Both the position numbers and the translations under genes were made by a program. Below are positions 38,048 to 47,031 of a stretch of DNA of 64,000 nucleotides, in pieces (the stretch's first letter is position 1; each line of letters begins with the position of its first letter). The DNA is taken from the NCBI GenBank assembly GCA_942492745.1, contig OW818637.1:1086580-1150579 (forward strand), in the 5' to 3' direction. The DNA is from an uncultured beta proteobacterium. Lineage in GTDB: Bacteria; Pseudomonadota; Gammaproteobacteria; Burkholderiales; Gallionellaceae. The notes beneath the pieces are model-generated. The model was not told where the DNA came from. It was given only the letters and a program-made list of their open reading frames with translations, and did no database searches.

Positions 38048-38614
38048 ATGTCTATGCTTATTTTCTTCGGTATCGTTGCCATAGTATTGATCTACGGCAT
38101 CAGCCTGTATAACAACTTGGTGAATGTCAAAAATGCCGTTGCCAAGGCTTGGGCCAACATCGACGTGCTGCTGAAACAGCGCCATGACGAGTTGCCAAAA
38201 CTGGTTGAAGTGTGCAAACAATACAAGCAGTTTGAGCAATCCACCCTGCAAAAAGTTATCGAGGCCCGTTCACAGGTGCAGTCTGCAGGGGACCGTCAAG
38301 ACATCGACGCCCTCGGGCAGGCGGAAGGGATGCTGCGCGCGGGACTGGACAGAATCTTCGCCCTTGCAGAAGCTTACCCTGAGCTGAAAGCTAATGAAAA
38401 TTTCATGCAGCTGCAGAACCGTATCAGCACGCTTGAGAATGGAATCGCTGACCGCCGAGAATTTTATAACGACGCAGTGAACGTCAATAACGTACAAATA
38501 GAAATATTTCCCGCCAATATCCTTTCGAAGATGTTCGGTTTTGATGAAAAGCCATTGCTGGTATTCTCCACGGAAGAAAAAACGGATGTGAATTTGCAGG
38601 AATTATTTAACTAA
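38048..38614 (+). CDS. lemA: LemA-family protein
   Basis: It has an N-terminal TM helix and YNNLVNVKNAVAKAWANIDVLLKQRHDELPKLVE....LQKVIEARS...AYPELKANENFMQLQNRISTLENGIADRREFYNDAV.. , a near-consensus LemA sequence. Confidence 0.85.
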   Translation: MSMLIFFGIVAIVLIYGISLYNNLVNVKNAVAKAWANIDVLLKQRHDELPKLVEVCKQYKQFEQSTLQKVIEARSQVQSAGDRQDIDALGQAEGMLRAGLDRIFALAEAYPELKANENFMQLQNRISTLENGIADRREFYNDAVNVNNVQIEIFPANILSKMFGFDEKPLLVFSTEEKTDVNLQELFN

Positions 38615-38725
38615 CGGCTACGGCAAATATGTCTTGCCTGTTAATGAATCACCCATGCCTGCTCTCTCTTACCTCTGGCTGGTAAGCTGCGCGCGACTCG
38701 CTGTGCAATATTCACGATAACCCTC

Positions 38726-39625
38726 ATGCTGGATTGGCTAAGACGCGAATATGTGAAACTTATTACCTCAGGTGCGCAGCTGCTGCTGCTGTTTGTCGGC
38801 ATCCGCTTGCATTCCCGCAACGGCTGGTTGTATTGCCTTGCTGCAATTGCCTTGATTAGCCTCTATGCATGGCTATCCTCGTTATATAGGTTGCGTACCT
38901 TACGCAACACACCTACATCAAAAATTGCTTCTGCCGCACAAGGCTATGTTGAACTGATAGGAAGTGGTCAACCATTCTGTGATCCTCCCTTGCTCAGCAA
39001 TTTAAGGCGACGTCCTTGCTTGTGGTGTCGCTATAAAATCGAGCAGCGAGAGAAAAATGGATGGAGAACAATAGATAGTGGCGAAACAAGCGACTCTTTC
39101 ATACTACGCGACGACACCGGTGAATGTGTAGTTGACCCGGAAAATGCAGAGATCATCACTCAAGATTATGACCAATGGCAAATGGAGGGCTGTCGTTACA
39201 CTGAGTGGAAGCTGATCAAGGGTGAAACCCTTTACATCATCGGGCGATTTCGCACTCAAGGCGGCAACAATCAGGAATTTGACACGCGCGCTGAATTGAG
39301 CGCATTGCTGACGGAATGGAAAATAAACATGTCCACGTTATTCGCACGCTTCGATCTAAACAATGATGGGGAGCTAAGCATAGAGGAATGGGAATTCGCC
39401 AGACAAGCGGCCAAGCGGGAAGTGGAAAAAATGAAGATGAATGTTCTGGCACAACCCAGCACCAATATCATCAGCCGTTCTCCCGATGGCCAACTCTTCC
39501 TTATCAGCAACCTCTCCCAGGATAGACTGTCACGTCGCTACCTGCTCTGGACCTGGGGGCATCTCATGATTTTCTTTGGATCACTAGGTGTGTTAGGGTG
39601 GGTGCTGAAAAATGTTAATTCATAA
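38726..39625 (+). CDS. GIDE-like membrane protein with an embedded EF-hand
   Basis: It has two N-terminal TM helices and one C-terminal TM helix. The central region, GYVELIGSG..., CLWCRYKIEQRE.... and FILRDDTGECVVDPENAEI, resembles the GIDE domain. A canonical EF-hand loop DLNNDGELSIEE lies at 39353-39388. Confidence 0.6.
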   Translation: MLDWLRREYVKLITSGAQLLLLFVGIRLHSRNGWLYCLAAIALISLYAWLSSLYRLRTLRNTPTSKIASAAQGYVELIGSGQPFCDPPLLSNLRRRPCLWCRYKIEQREKNGWRTIDSGETSDSFILRDDTGECVVDPENAEIITQDYDQWQMEGCRYTEWKLIKGETLYIIGRFRTQGGNNQEFDTRAELSALLTEWKINMSTLFARFDLNNDGELSIEEWEFARQAAKREVEKMKMNVLAQPSTNIISRSPDGQLFLISNLSQDRLSRRYLLWTWGHLMIFFGSLGVLGWVLKNVNS

Positions 39626-39682
39626 CGTAATACAAAAGAATATTGCACGTTAAAAGTCGTTGACGGTGGATAAGGAATATTT

Positions 39683-39696
39683 GGGCACCTCTAAAA
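39683..39696 (+). repeat. Solo terminal-repeat remnant of the 141-bp MITE
   Basis: gggcacctctaaaa is a 14-nt exact match to the MITE terminus gggcacctctaaaaat. It abuts the ATG of the next gene and the start of a GC-rich block. Confidence 0.5.
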
Positions 39697-40982
39697 TGAA
39701 AAACCTCCTGATCCTTCATCTGGAAAGCATAACTCGGCAGCGTCTTGCCGCGTTCGAATCGGCATTTCCAAACACCCGGCGCCTAATGCAGGAAGCACTG
39801 GTGTTCGACAACTTCTTCTCGTCGGCGACCTCGACGCTGATGGTCGTAACCTACCTCTTTCATGGCAACGATTTTGAATACGACGCAGCTTCAGAATTCG
39901 AGGGCATGCGCCCTGCTGCAAACAACAGGAACCTCTTCTCCGTTCTCCAGAGTCACGGTTACAACGCGGATCTCATTTGCCTTAACGCCTTCCACGCTGC
40001 GAATCCAACAAAGCTTGCGTCGTGGTCCGACGATCTTCCACCAGTGTGGGGCACCAACGATTTTCCGTCGCTGTTCAACCGCTTCGACGAACTGACCAAT
40101 GCGCCTCCGTTTGCCATCTACGTGTGGGACCTCATTACTCACATCGAGCACAGCCTCGCGCTAGCGCCTTTTTCCAGCGGACTCACCGATCAGATCCGGC
40201 GCGCCTGCGGAGTGGCCGATGATGCGGTCGGCGTGATGCTGGCGATACTCGAGCGCAAAGGGTTACTCGACAATTCGACGATTGTCATCTATGGCGACCA
40301 CGGCGACGACTACTGGACCCATGGTTTCAAGGGCGGCATGGTCCATGCGACGGAACCGTACACTCAAATCACATGGACACCGCTAGCGATTCGCGATCCC
40401 AGTCTCACCCCAGGAACAAATGAGAATCTCGCAAGCACGATAGATATCGCGCCGACCTGTCTTGCGCTGCTAGGCATCGACGAAACAGCTGTGTTTCCGA
40501 ATTCCGGAACAAATTTACTGATGAGTGCGCCCGAGCTAGTGTTCTCTCAGAACTTCACGGCCAATCAGCCGGACAATCGGAAACTCGGCATTGTCAAGGC
40601 TTTTGCTGCAACTGACGACACATACAATCTGCTGGCGAGCTCGCGCGGTCTCGAGCTGTATGCGTATCGTCTCGACCCCGGAAATCACTGCAACCTGTTG
40701 CATTTCTTCGATGTCATGCCGGACGGGCGTCTTGAGTTGCGGGTGCGTCCGGGCGTGGCCGGTCATTTCCGGATGGCGTTGCAGGACAATCCGCGCGCCG
40801 TCGCCAACCTGGCATCGCGTTTCGGGACACTACATGCTGCGTTGGCCGAGCGTGTCGCGGCCAAGCGGGCATACATCGCGAAGCGCGGTGTCGAGCCTGC
40901 CTTTGCGCTCGACCCGCGTTGTCTTTACACGGTCGCCGATGAAACCCGTGCGGCGTTCTTTCGCTGTTCAGAAAGCGCGTAA
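39696..40982 (+). CDS. Sulfatase/alkaline-phosphatase-superfamily enzyme (LtaS/phosphotransferase-like), no TM or signal peptide
   Basis: LILHLES (metal ligand region), SSATSTL (nucleophile region), VIYGDHGDDYW and STIDIAPTCLALLGI are sulfatase-family landmarks. I chose the start at MKNLLIL. Confidence 0.7.
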   Translation: MKNLLILHLESITRQRLAAFESAFPNTRRLMQEALVFDNFFSSATSTLMVVTYLFHGNDFEYDAASEFEGMRPAANNRNLFSVLQSHGYNADLICLNAFHAANPTKLASWSDDLPPVWGTNDFPSLFNRFDELTNAPPFAIYVWDLITHIEHSLALAPFSSGLTDQIRRACGVADDAVGVMLAILERKGLLDNSTIVIYGDHGDDYWTHGFKGGMVHATEPYTQITWTPLAIRDPSLTPGTNENLASTIDIAPTCLALLGIDETAVFPNSGTNLLMSAPELVFSQNFTANQPDNRKLGIVKAFAATDDTYNLLASSRGLELYAYRLDPGNHCNLLHFFDVMPDGRLELRVRPGVAGHFRMALQDNPRAVANLASRFGTLHAALAERVAAKRAYIAKRGVEPAFALDPRCLYTVADETRAAFFRCSESA

Positions 40983-41067
40983 GTGGTGCGTGCATCAATA
41001 TCGGCATTCGACATTTCTTTCAAACTTCGATGATGATGAGCACATCCACCAAACTCACGCAACGATC

Positions 41068-41790
41068 ATGCGCTATCTGATTCTCTTGGCCGGCATGGGC
41101 AAACGCATGGGAAGAACGCATGCTGGCCTCCCGAAATGCCTGATCGACATCGACGGCGAGCTGTTGATTGAACGGCTGCTGCGGCAGATCCGGCAATTCG
41201 ATGCGCGGGCCGATATTCACGTTGTGCTTGGATATAAGAACGAGGTCATCGCACCGCTAGTCGATGGCTGCAGGATCGTCGTCAATCCGTTCTTCGACAT
41301 CACCGGGATCAACGCTTCGCTGTGGTTTGCACGCGCATCGTTCGATCAGCCGCTGATGGTGATCCACGGGGACGTCGTGCTGTCGGATGAACTGGCGGCC
41401 GACCTTTTTGCGACGGAAGCGGAGTCGCTGGTGGCCTACGACAGCAGCGTCCTCGATCCCAAGGAAATAAATATCGCGGCAGCGAGCGATCACGTCACGC
41501 GCTTCGGCGTTAACTTTTCCGGCTACAGCGGCGCCTACGCGGGGGTGCTAAAGCTCTCGGCACACGCTGCGCGGCTGTTCGCGGACACGCTCGATCGCCG
41601 CGTGCGGCGAGGATTCAACGAATCGCGCACGTATTACTTCTTCGTCATGCGCAAGCTGATCGCGGACACCGATGTTGTGTTCGTACCGTTCGATTTTGCC
41701 CGCTATCGCTGGAAGGAAATCGACTACTTTGAGGACATCGCCATTGCCAGGGCGCGGATCTGCGGACGAGCCAACGCCGATGCTTGCTAG
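41068..41790 (+). CDS. LicC/MobA-like nucleotidyltransferase
   Basis: MRYLILLAGMGKRMG....PKCLIDIDGELLIERL is the N-terminal NTP-transferase signature (LAGGxGxR-like). The ORF-track N-terminal extension (40591-41067) overlaps the previous gene out of frame and is not credible. Confidence 0.7.
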   Translation: MRYLILLAGMGKRMGRTHAGLPKCLIDIDGELLIERLLRQIRQFDARADIHVVLGYKNEVIAPLVDGCRIVVNPFFDITGINASLWFARASFDQPLMVIHGDVVLSDELAADLFATEAESLVAYDSSVLDPKEINIAAASDHVTRFGVNFSGYSGAYAGVLKLSAHAARLFADTLDRRVRRGFNESRTYYFFVMRKLIADTDVVFVPFDFARYRWKEIDYFEDIAIARARICGRANADAC

Positions 41791-42919
41791 CGGCCACGTG
41801 CATGACGTGCTGGACGAACACATCTGCACCATGGACTGTGAAATCCTTGATGCCGGTCTTCTTCACGTCGATCGCTGCGAATTTGCCAGCGCGATTCGGT
41901 CAATCCTGGTCGGGCAAGTCGCCGAATTTACCCGCGACCGTAACGCGATATGCTACCGCGTCTACCTTTCCGGCCGTAATGGAGCAACCGGCACAGCGAT
42001 CGTTAAGGTGCCCCGGTCGGGACCACAGCGAACCAACGACGACGCGACGTTTGCATGGGAAGCTGAAATGCTCGCCACTCTTCCCGCCACTGGCATCACG
42101 GATGTGCCCGCACTGCTGGGGCGGATTGCAGCCGCAGGCAGCCACTTCCTTTTTATGACCGAGTTGAAAGGCAAACATCCAGATCCCCGAATGCATCCAC
42201 TTGATGCCCGACAGTTGCGTGCGATTCTCGACCGCCTATACGTGATGGACTGCCAAGGCTTCATGCACTACGACCTCAAGGCCGCGAACATATTGGTCGA
42301 TGGCGATCGTGTGGGGTTCATCGACTTCGAGTTCGCCCGGTTCGTGGATTACCGCAATACCTACGCGCCGGCAATTGTGGTTTTTTGCGAAGATTTCAAC
42401 GTTTCCGGCAATCCTTTCTTCCCGGCGCGGTCGAACGTCGCAAATTTCGAGTTTCGGGCGTTCCATCGCTATCTGCTCCAACTCTGCACTGTACAATCCG
42501 CTGCAGCCGCTAACGCTTTGCTTCGAGACTGGTTGCGCGGCAAGTCTGCCTATCATCGGCGGATGGCGGACTTTCTTGCGGAACTCGCCGAAACGTCAGT
42601 CGATCGAATTGCCATCGCTGGCGGGATTACAACAGACAAGGCTCGCGGAACGTTGCTCGCTGCAGCAACGCACGAGAGTATGCTCGCGAAGCTGTTTAAG
42701 CATCCGCCCGGTGTTGTGGTTCGCGTCGAACGGTCGCTGATGGCTTTCCGTTGCGCCGTTTTCGAGCGGCACGCCGCCGAGGCCAAACGGCTGCAATACG
42801 CGACTCTGACCGAAATTAGCCAAGATGCCGCTCACGCCGATGCACTACCCGATGCCTACAGACTGGCCACGGCGAGGGTGCTGGACCTGGTGGCGCGCAG
42901 TGCCCATCCGCCCATGTGA
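41780..42919 (+). CDS. Protein-kinase-like fold protein (choline/LPS-kinase-like)
   Basis: AIVKVP (catalytic Lys region), HYDLKAANILVDGDRVGFIDFEFA (HxDLKxxN catalytic loop plus a DFE metal-binding motif). The start overlaps the upstream stop by 11 nt. Confidence 0.6.
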   Translation: MLASGHVHDVLDEHICTMDCEILDAGLLHVDRCEFASAIRSILVGQVAEFTRDRNAICYRVYLSGRNGATGTAIVKVPRSGPQRTNDDATFAWEAEMLATLPATGITDVPALLGRIAAAGSHFLFMTELKGKHPDPRMHPLDARQLRAILDRLYVMDCQGFMHYDLKAANILVDGDRVGFIDFEFARFVDYRNTYAPAIVVFCEDFNVSGNPFFPARSNVANFEFRAFHRYLLQLCTVQSAAAANALLRDWLRGKSAYHRRMADFLAELAETSVDRIAIAGGITTDKARGTLLAAATHESMLAKLFKHPPGVVVRVERSLMAFRCAVFERHAAEAKRLQYATLTEISQDAAHADALPDAYRLATARVLDLVARSAHPPM

Positions 42920-43136
42920 AACAGGGCAGCGCCGCTCCACTGCATGTGAAAATTTACCATCTTCGCTAAATATAGTAGCAGCAACGCCGCGATCTCCTCC
43001 CAGGTTGACCATAGCCTAACCGCCTAAGCACGCGCTTAATAAACTGATTCCATTCCGCCTTGGGTACCAGGAAGGAAACCTCCGCTGTCTCGACGGGCGT
43101 TTTCGCCTTGCAGTGCAGCCAACTGATCGCGTTCAA

Positions 43137-43683
43137 TCATCGGCCCCCGTACTTGGCAAGCAAATCGCCCATGTCATCGCTCACACCATAGCCAAAGTTT
43201 CGACAGATTTGATGTACGGCGCACAGCCTTTCCCATAACGGCTGGCGCTGTACGTCGCCCAAACTGGCGATGGTTTTCAAGGCCTGCTCAAACATCCTCA
43301 CCAGCGCGTCGAAGTAGCCCTCATCCTGCAGGCCGACATCATTGCTGAATCCCGCTCGCTGCCCGTTCGCAATAGAACACCATCAGTTCGGCCAGGCCTT
43401 CCGCTTGGCCGATGGCTTTCTTGTATTCGGCGATAGGCTTTTTTGCCTTGGCGACAGAGGTGTCCTGATTCTTGAATACATCGGGCCACAGCCAGCGGTC
43501 GATGTTGGTTTTGTACGGCTTGAGCACATCGTCGCCCAGACTGAGGCGGGCGTGCAGAAATATTTGATTATCCTTATTGGCTGCGAACAGGTCTTGCAGC
43601 AGCCCGAGCAGTCCAGCGCGATCGAAGTCCACGAGCTTGGTCTTGACGTCGCTCCAACTGGGCGTGTACTTCTTCGTGGCCAT
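43137..43683 (-). pseudogene. Frameshifted hypothetical gene
   Basis: The 114-aa ORF ends ..FYCERAASGIQQ*. One frame over, the sequence continues AGFSNDVGLQDEGYFDALVRMFEQALKTIASLGDVQRQPLWERLCAVHQICRNFGYGVSDDMGDLLAKYGGR*. This implies a 1-nt indel near 43355. Confidence 0.4.
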
Positions 43684-43769
43684 ATCCGCTATTCCTCGAA
43701 GATGTCTGGTTGGCTAACCTGATAGTTTTTGCCATCGGCAACAGTGGTTAAGTATTGCTTAATAACTGC

Positions 43770-44015
43770 CTATTTTTCGAGCTCATTATCAGCAAAAAAG
43801 CGTTTAAGATGGTGATTGATGGCGGGCACCGACACATCGTAGACCGTGGCCATCATCTTCTGCGTCAGCCAGATGTTTTCATCCTCATAGCGCATTTCCA
43901 TGCTGGTTTCTGATTGGCTGCCAGCGGCGATGAAAATCAAGTATTCGGCGGCAGGGGAACGGACGATAGAGACACCCTTCTTTCTGGGAACCTTCGGTGA
44001 TTTATTCTTGTTCAT
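43770..44015 (-). pseudogene. RhuM-family gene, N-terminal fragment only
   Basis: EMRYEDENIWLTQKMMATVYDVSVPAINHHLKRFFADNEL matches the RhuM N-terminus (..vrfe.etvWLtq.qma.lf......i..HlknIf.egEL). The ORF is 81 aa, whereas the full-length family is more than 300 aa. Confidence 0.5.
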
Positions 44016-44026
44016 TCCCGCCTCCT

Positions 44027-44394
44027 TCACGCCACCGTAACCTGACCGTTCATCAGCATGGGCAGGAGCCAATCGCGGAGTTGGGTAAGTTGCTGGTTTT
44101 CCTGCTCAAGTAGATCCTGTCGCCCGAAGATGGGCTCGACCGCATTTGAGAACTGCCCAATAACATCCGACTTAGGCAGAGTGATTTTTACCGTTTTTAA
44201 CACCGTGCCGGAAACCTCCTTAAAGGTTGAGCCAGAGGCATACTGCATGATTGCCTTCAAAGCATTGTTGACGGTGTAGTAAATGAACGCCGTTGAATAC
44301 CCGTTTGTCGAAATGAATGATTTGAAGCCCTGATTGGTCGTCAATTCAATCCGCGCGATGGCCATGTAGCCGATGGGCGGTACGAACCACATCC
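44027..44394 (-). pseudogene. hsdS: Type I R-M specificity subunit (HsdS), C-terminal fragment
   Basis: IARIELTTNQGFKSFI...ASGSTFKEVSGTVLKTVKITLP.....QFSNAVEPIFGRQDLLEQENQQLTQLRDWLLPMLMNGQVTV is a second target-recognition domain plus the conserved C-terminal helix. The N-terminal half is missing. Confidence 0.6.
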
Positions 44395-45613
44395 GGGTCA
44401 TCTTGAAATTTCTGGATGTTGACCACGGTGATCTCCGGCCTGCCGGTGTGGTTGTGCAGGGCCTGGGTCGCCTTGATATCGCGGGCAAAGGCTTCGCGAG
44501 TGTCGATGGTATGAACCGTCAGCCCACGGCAAGCAAACTCCCGCTGCGCCTGGATAAGCAGGTCTATCCTGTCAACGATGAAGTAGAACTTGGGGATGAT
44601 GCCCCTGCGCTGAAAGTAGTCGGTGAGAAAACGGGTGTTGTAATAGGCCAGCGCGGTTTTGCCGCTGCCCTGGGTGTGCCAGAAATCTCCATGCGTATAC
44701 CGGCATCCAGCTTCCGTTCAATCGCCTTGGAGGCGAAGATCTGGGGATAACGCATGACATGCTTGTGCAGACCGTCGGACTCGTTCACATAGACCATGGC
44801 GTATTGCAGAAGGAACGACAGGCGGTCGCGGCTGAACAGGGAGGTGCAAATCCGGTTGGTCGGCGTGTTGGGCGAATTATTGCTGATGAACTCCGGGCTG
44901 TGCTTGATGACGTTGAGGTTGTTGTCGCGCAGCACCTCGTTTTCGACTGCATCGTCCACGTCGGCCAGCAGGTGGGCCAGATTCAGCTCCTCCTCTTCGC
45001 GGAAGTAATTGAAGATCGGCGCGTCATACGAGGGGCTGGCATAGAAGGCCCCCTCGATGGGATGCGGTGAGCCGTCGTCATACTCCATGTTGTTGGAGAA
45101 AACCATTAACTGGGTAATGTTAGTAAAGCGGCGGAAACGGGGATTGCGGCAGCGCGTAATGATGCGGTTGCACTCGGCCAGAACACCTTCGCAGTTGTTG
45201 GGCTTCTTGACCTCGATGAAAACCAGCGGCATGCCGTTGATGAGCAGGGTAATGTCGGGCCGAAACTCGTCGTCGCCATTCTTGCAGGTTAGTTCTGTGA
45301 CCACATGGAAGCTGTTGTTGTCAAAGTCAGTAAAGTCGATCAGCCGGATGCCCGAGCGCTCGGTGAGTTTTTTCTAGAAGGCCTTGCCGAGATCTTCATT
45401 GTCCAGCAGGAGTTTAACGTCGGTCAACAGTCGGTCGATGTCGTCACTCTCAATGCCGGGATTGATCCGGGCGATGGCGGCACGAAACAAATCCGGAAAG
45501 ATATTGGTCTCTTCGTCCCATACGGCATTCTTGAGCGAAAAGTAGCGGTAGCCAAGCCGCACCATATGCAAAATGCAGGGGATTTTGACTCTTGAGTCTT
45601 CACTAAAAATCAT
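44395..45613 (-). pseudogene. hsdR: Type I restriction enzyme R subunit (HsdR), truncated, with an in-frame stop and a frameshift
   Basis: The N-terminus is MIFSEDSRVKIPCILHMVRLGY. An in-frame TAG lies at 45374-45376. PDITLLINGMPLVFIEVKKPN is the nuclease motif. The Walker A motif WHTQGSGKTALA is readable only after a frameshift near 44700. The gene breaks off after ..ITVVNIQKF, about 400 aa into a protein that is normally about 1000 aa. Confidence 0.7.
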
Positions 45614-45674
45614 CTGACAAAACCTCCCTGTAAAAGACTTTCATTTCAAAATAAGTATGCCCTGCCCGGCGCAC

Positions 45675-45752
45675 AAAAAAACAGCCAAACCACTGAAATG
45701 GCTTGGCTGCATTGGTCTTCGGTGGTTTCTGGAGGCCTTTAGGCGGCGGCGG
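45675..45752 (-). repeat. Second copy of the ssrA terminator region plus a few ssrA-3'-like bases
   Basis: aaacagccaaaccactgaaatggcttggctgcattggtctTcggtggtttctggagGcctttag matches 56731-56793 with 2 substitutions. It is followed by gcggcggcgg, which resembles the ggcggcggg of the ssrA 3' end. Confidence 0.7.
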
Positions 45753-46178
45753 CTACCGAATAATAGGCCAGAAGCCGCATAAACACAGGCATTGGCAGTT
45801 TCTATAAGATGCGGTTACCCGATAGTTACCCCTAAAAAATATCTGCTGCCCAACTTGGGACAATCAATTTTTCAGTTCTTATTTTGCAATTCAATCGAAT
45901 CTATCTCATTGTGCTCCTCCCAGGTTATTTGTACCATATAAGATAAGGTGGCGTCCAAAATTCACCCGATTTAACGTTCTTCTTTAAAGGCTCCATGTAA
46001 TTTCTCACTGAGATTATTATCATGCGCATGTGGTATTTTTGATAATTCTACTTTTAGTGCGCCATCTTTATCATGAGAATTGTCGACTTAATCCCAGGCT
46101 AGCTTACAATCCAGAGATAACCATTTTTGCGCGACTATGGAGAGCGCATGATATTTTCTTTTTTTACCGGTCATTAAA

Positions 46179-46907
46179 ATGAACATACTCTTACCACTCC
46201 TTATTATTGTCTATTCAAGCATTACAATTGCCTCTCCTGCAATGACTAACAAAGTCAATTCCGACGGTACCGTTACCTTAAATTCAGTTGAAAAGCCAAA
46301 GGTAAGTTCAACAAAAACAGTTCAGCAAAAGAAAAGCAAAGCAATTGTTAAACATGCAAAGAAAAAAGGGGGCAAGAAATTTGGAATAACGCAACAACCC
46401 GTACTAACAAAAAGGGAAAACTCTGACGGGACCATTACATATAAAACATCGGGGAAACCGAAAGCGGATTTATCAGAAACAATTTCACTTAAGGAAAGCA
46501 AAGAAATTGATAAACAAGCTAAGGGAATAGGTGTCAAGATTATTGATATAAAGGAACAACCCGTCATGACAAAGAAGGCTAATTCTGACGGAAGCGTTAC
46601 CTATAACTTAGTAGGTGATTCAAAGGCCGATTCCCCCGAAACTGTTCCACATAAACAAAGCAAAGATATCGAAAAACAAGCAGAGGACACTGGTGTAAAA
46701 ATCATTGAAATAAAAGAGCAATCTGTTATGACTAAGAAATTAAACTCTGACGGAACCGTAACCTATAACCCAGTCGGAGAGCCTAGGGCTGATACCCCAG
46801 AAACTATTCTCAAAAAAGAAGGCAAGGAGGTTGATGACAGATTCAAGGAGCTGGGTGTAAAAGTTATTGACGTTACGCCAAAAAAAGACATAGCACCTCA
46901 ACAGTAA
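46179..46907 (+). CDS. Exported protein made of four tandem 54-aa repeats
   Basis: It has a signal peptide MNILLPLLIIVYSSITIASPA. Four units of the pattern follow: (M/L)TK+xNSDG(T/S)(V/I)TYxxxGxxKADxPET(I/V)xxKxSK(E/D)IxKQAxxxGVKII(D/E)IKEQ(P/S)V. I recognise no family. Confidence 0.6.
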   Translation: MNILLPLLIIVYSSITIASPAMTNKVNSDGTVTLNSVEKPKVSSTKTVQQKKSKAIVKHAKKKGGKKFGITQQPVLTKRENSDGTITYKTSGKPKADLSETISLKESKEIDKQAKGIGVKIIDIKEQPVMTKKANSDGSVTYNLVGDSKADSPETVPHKQSKDIEKQAEDTGVKIIEIKEQSVMTKKLNSDGTVTYNPVGEPRADTPETILKKEGKEVDDRFKELGVKVIDVTPKKDIAPQQ

Positions 46908-47031
46908 TTTCTCCATTGATCCGGCCAGGATATGTTTGAACTTATCTGCCAGTCAAACCGCAAAGTGACGGCACCTCCCATTTCAAACTTCACTTGGCCG
47001 TATCAATAGTCATTGCAGACCCCATTAAGAT

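Noticed and set aside
40591-41067. N-terminal 159 aa of the 399-aa ORF in the track.
   Set aside because: It overlaps the sulfatase-family gene in another frame and is Arg/Ser/Cys-rich nonsense. The nucleotidyltransferase signature begins at the ATG at 41068.
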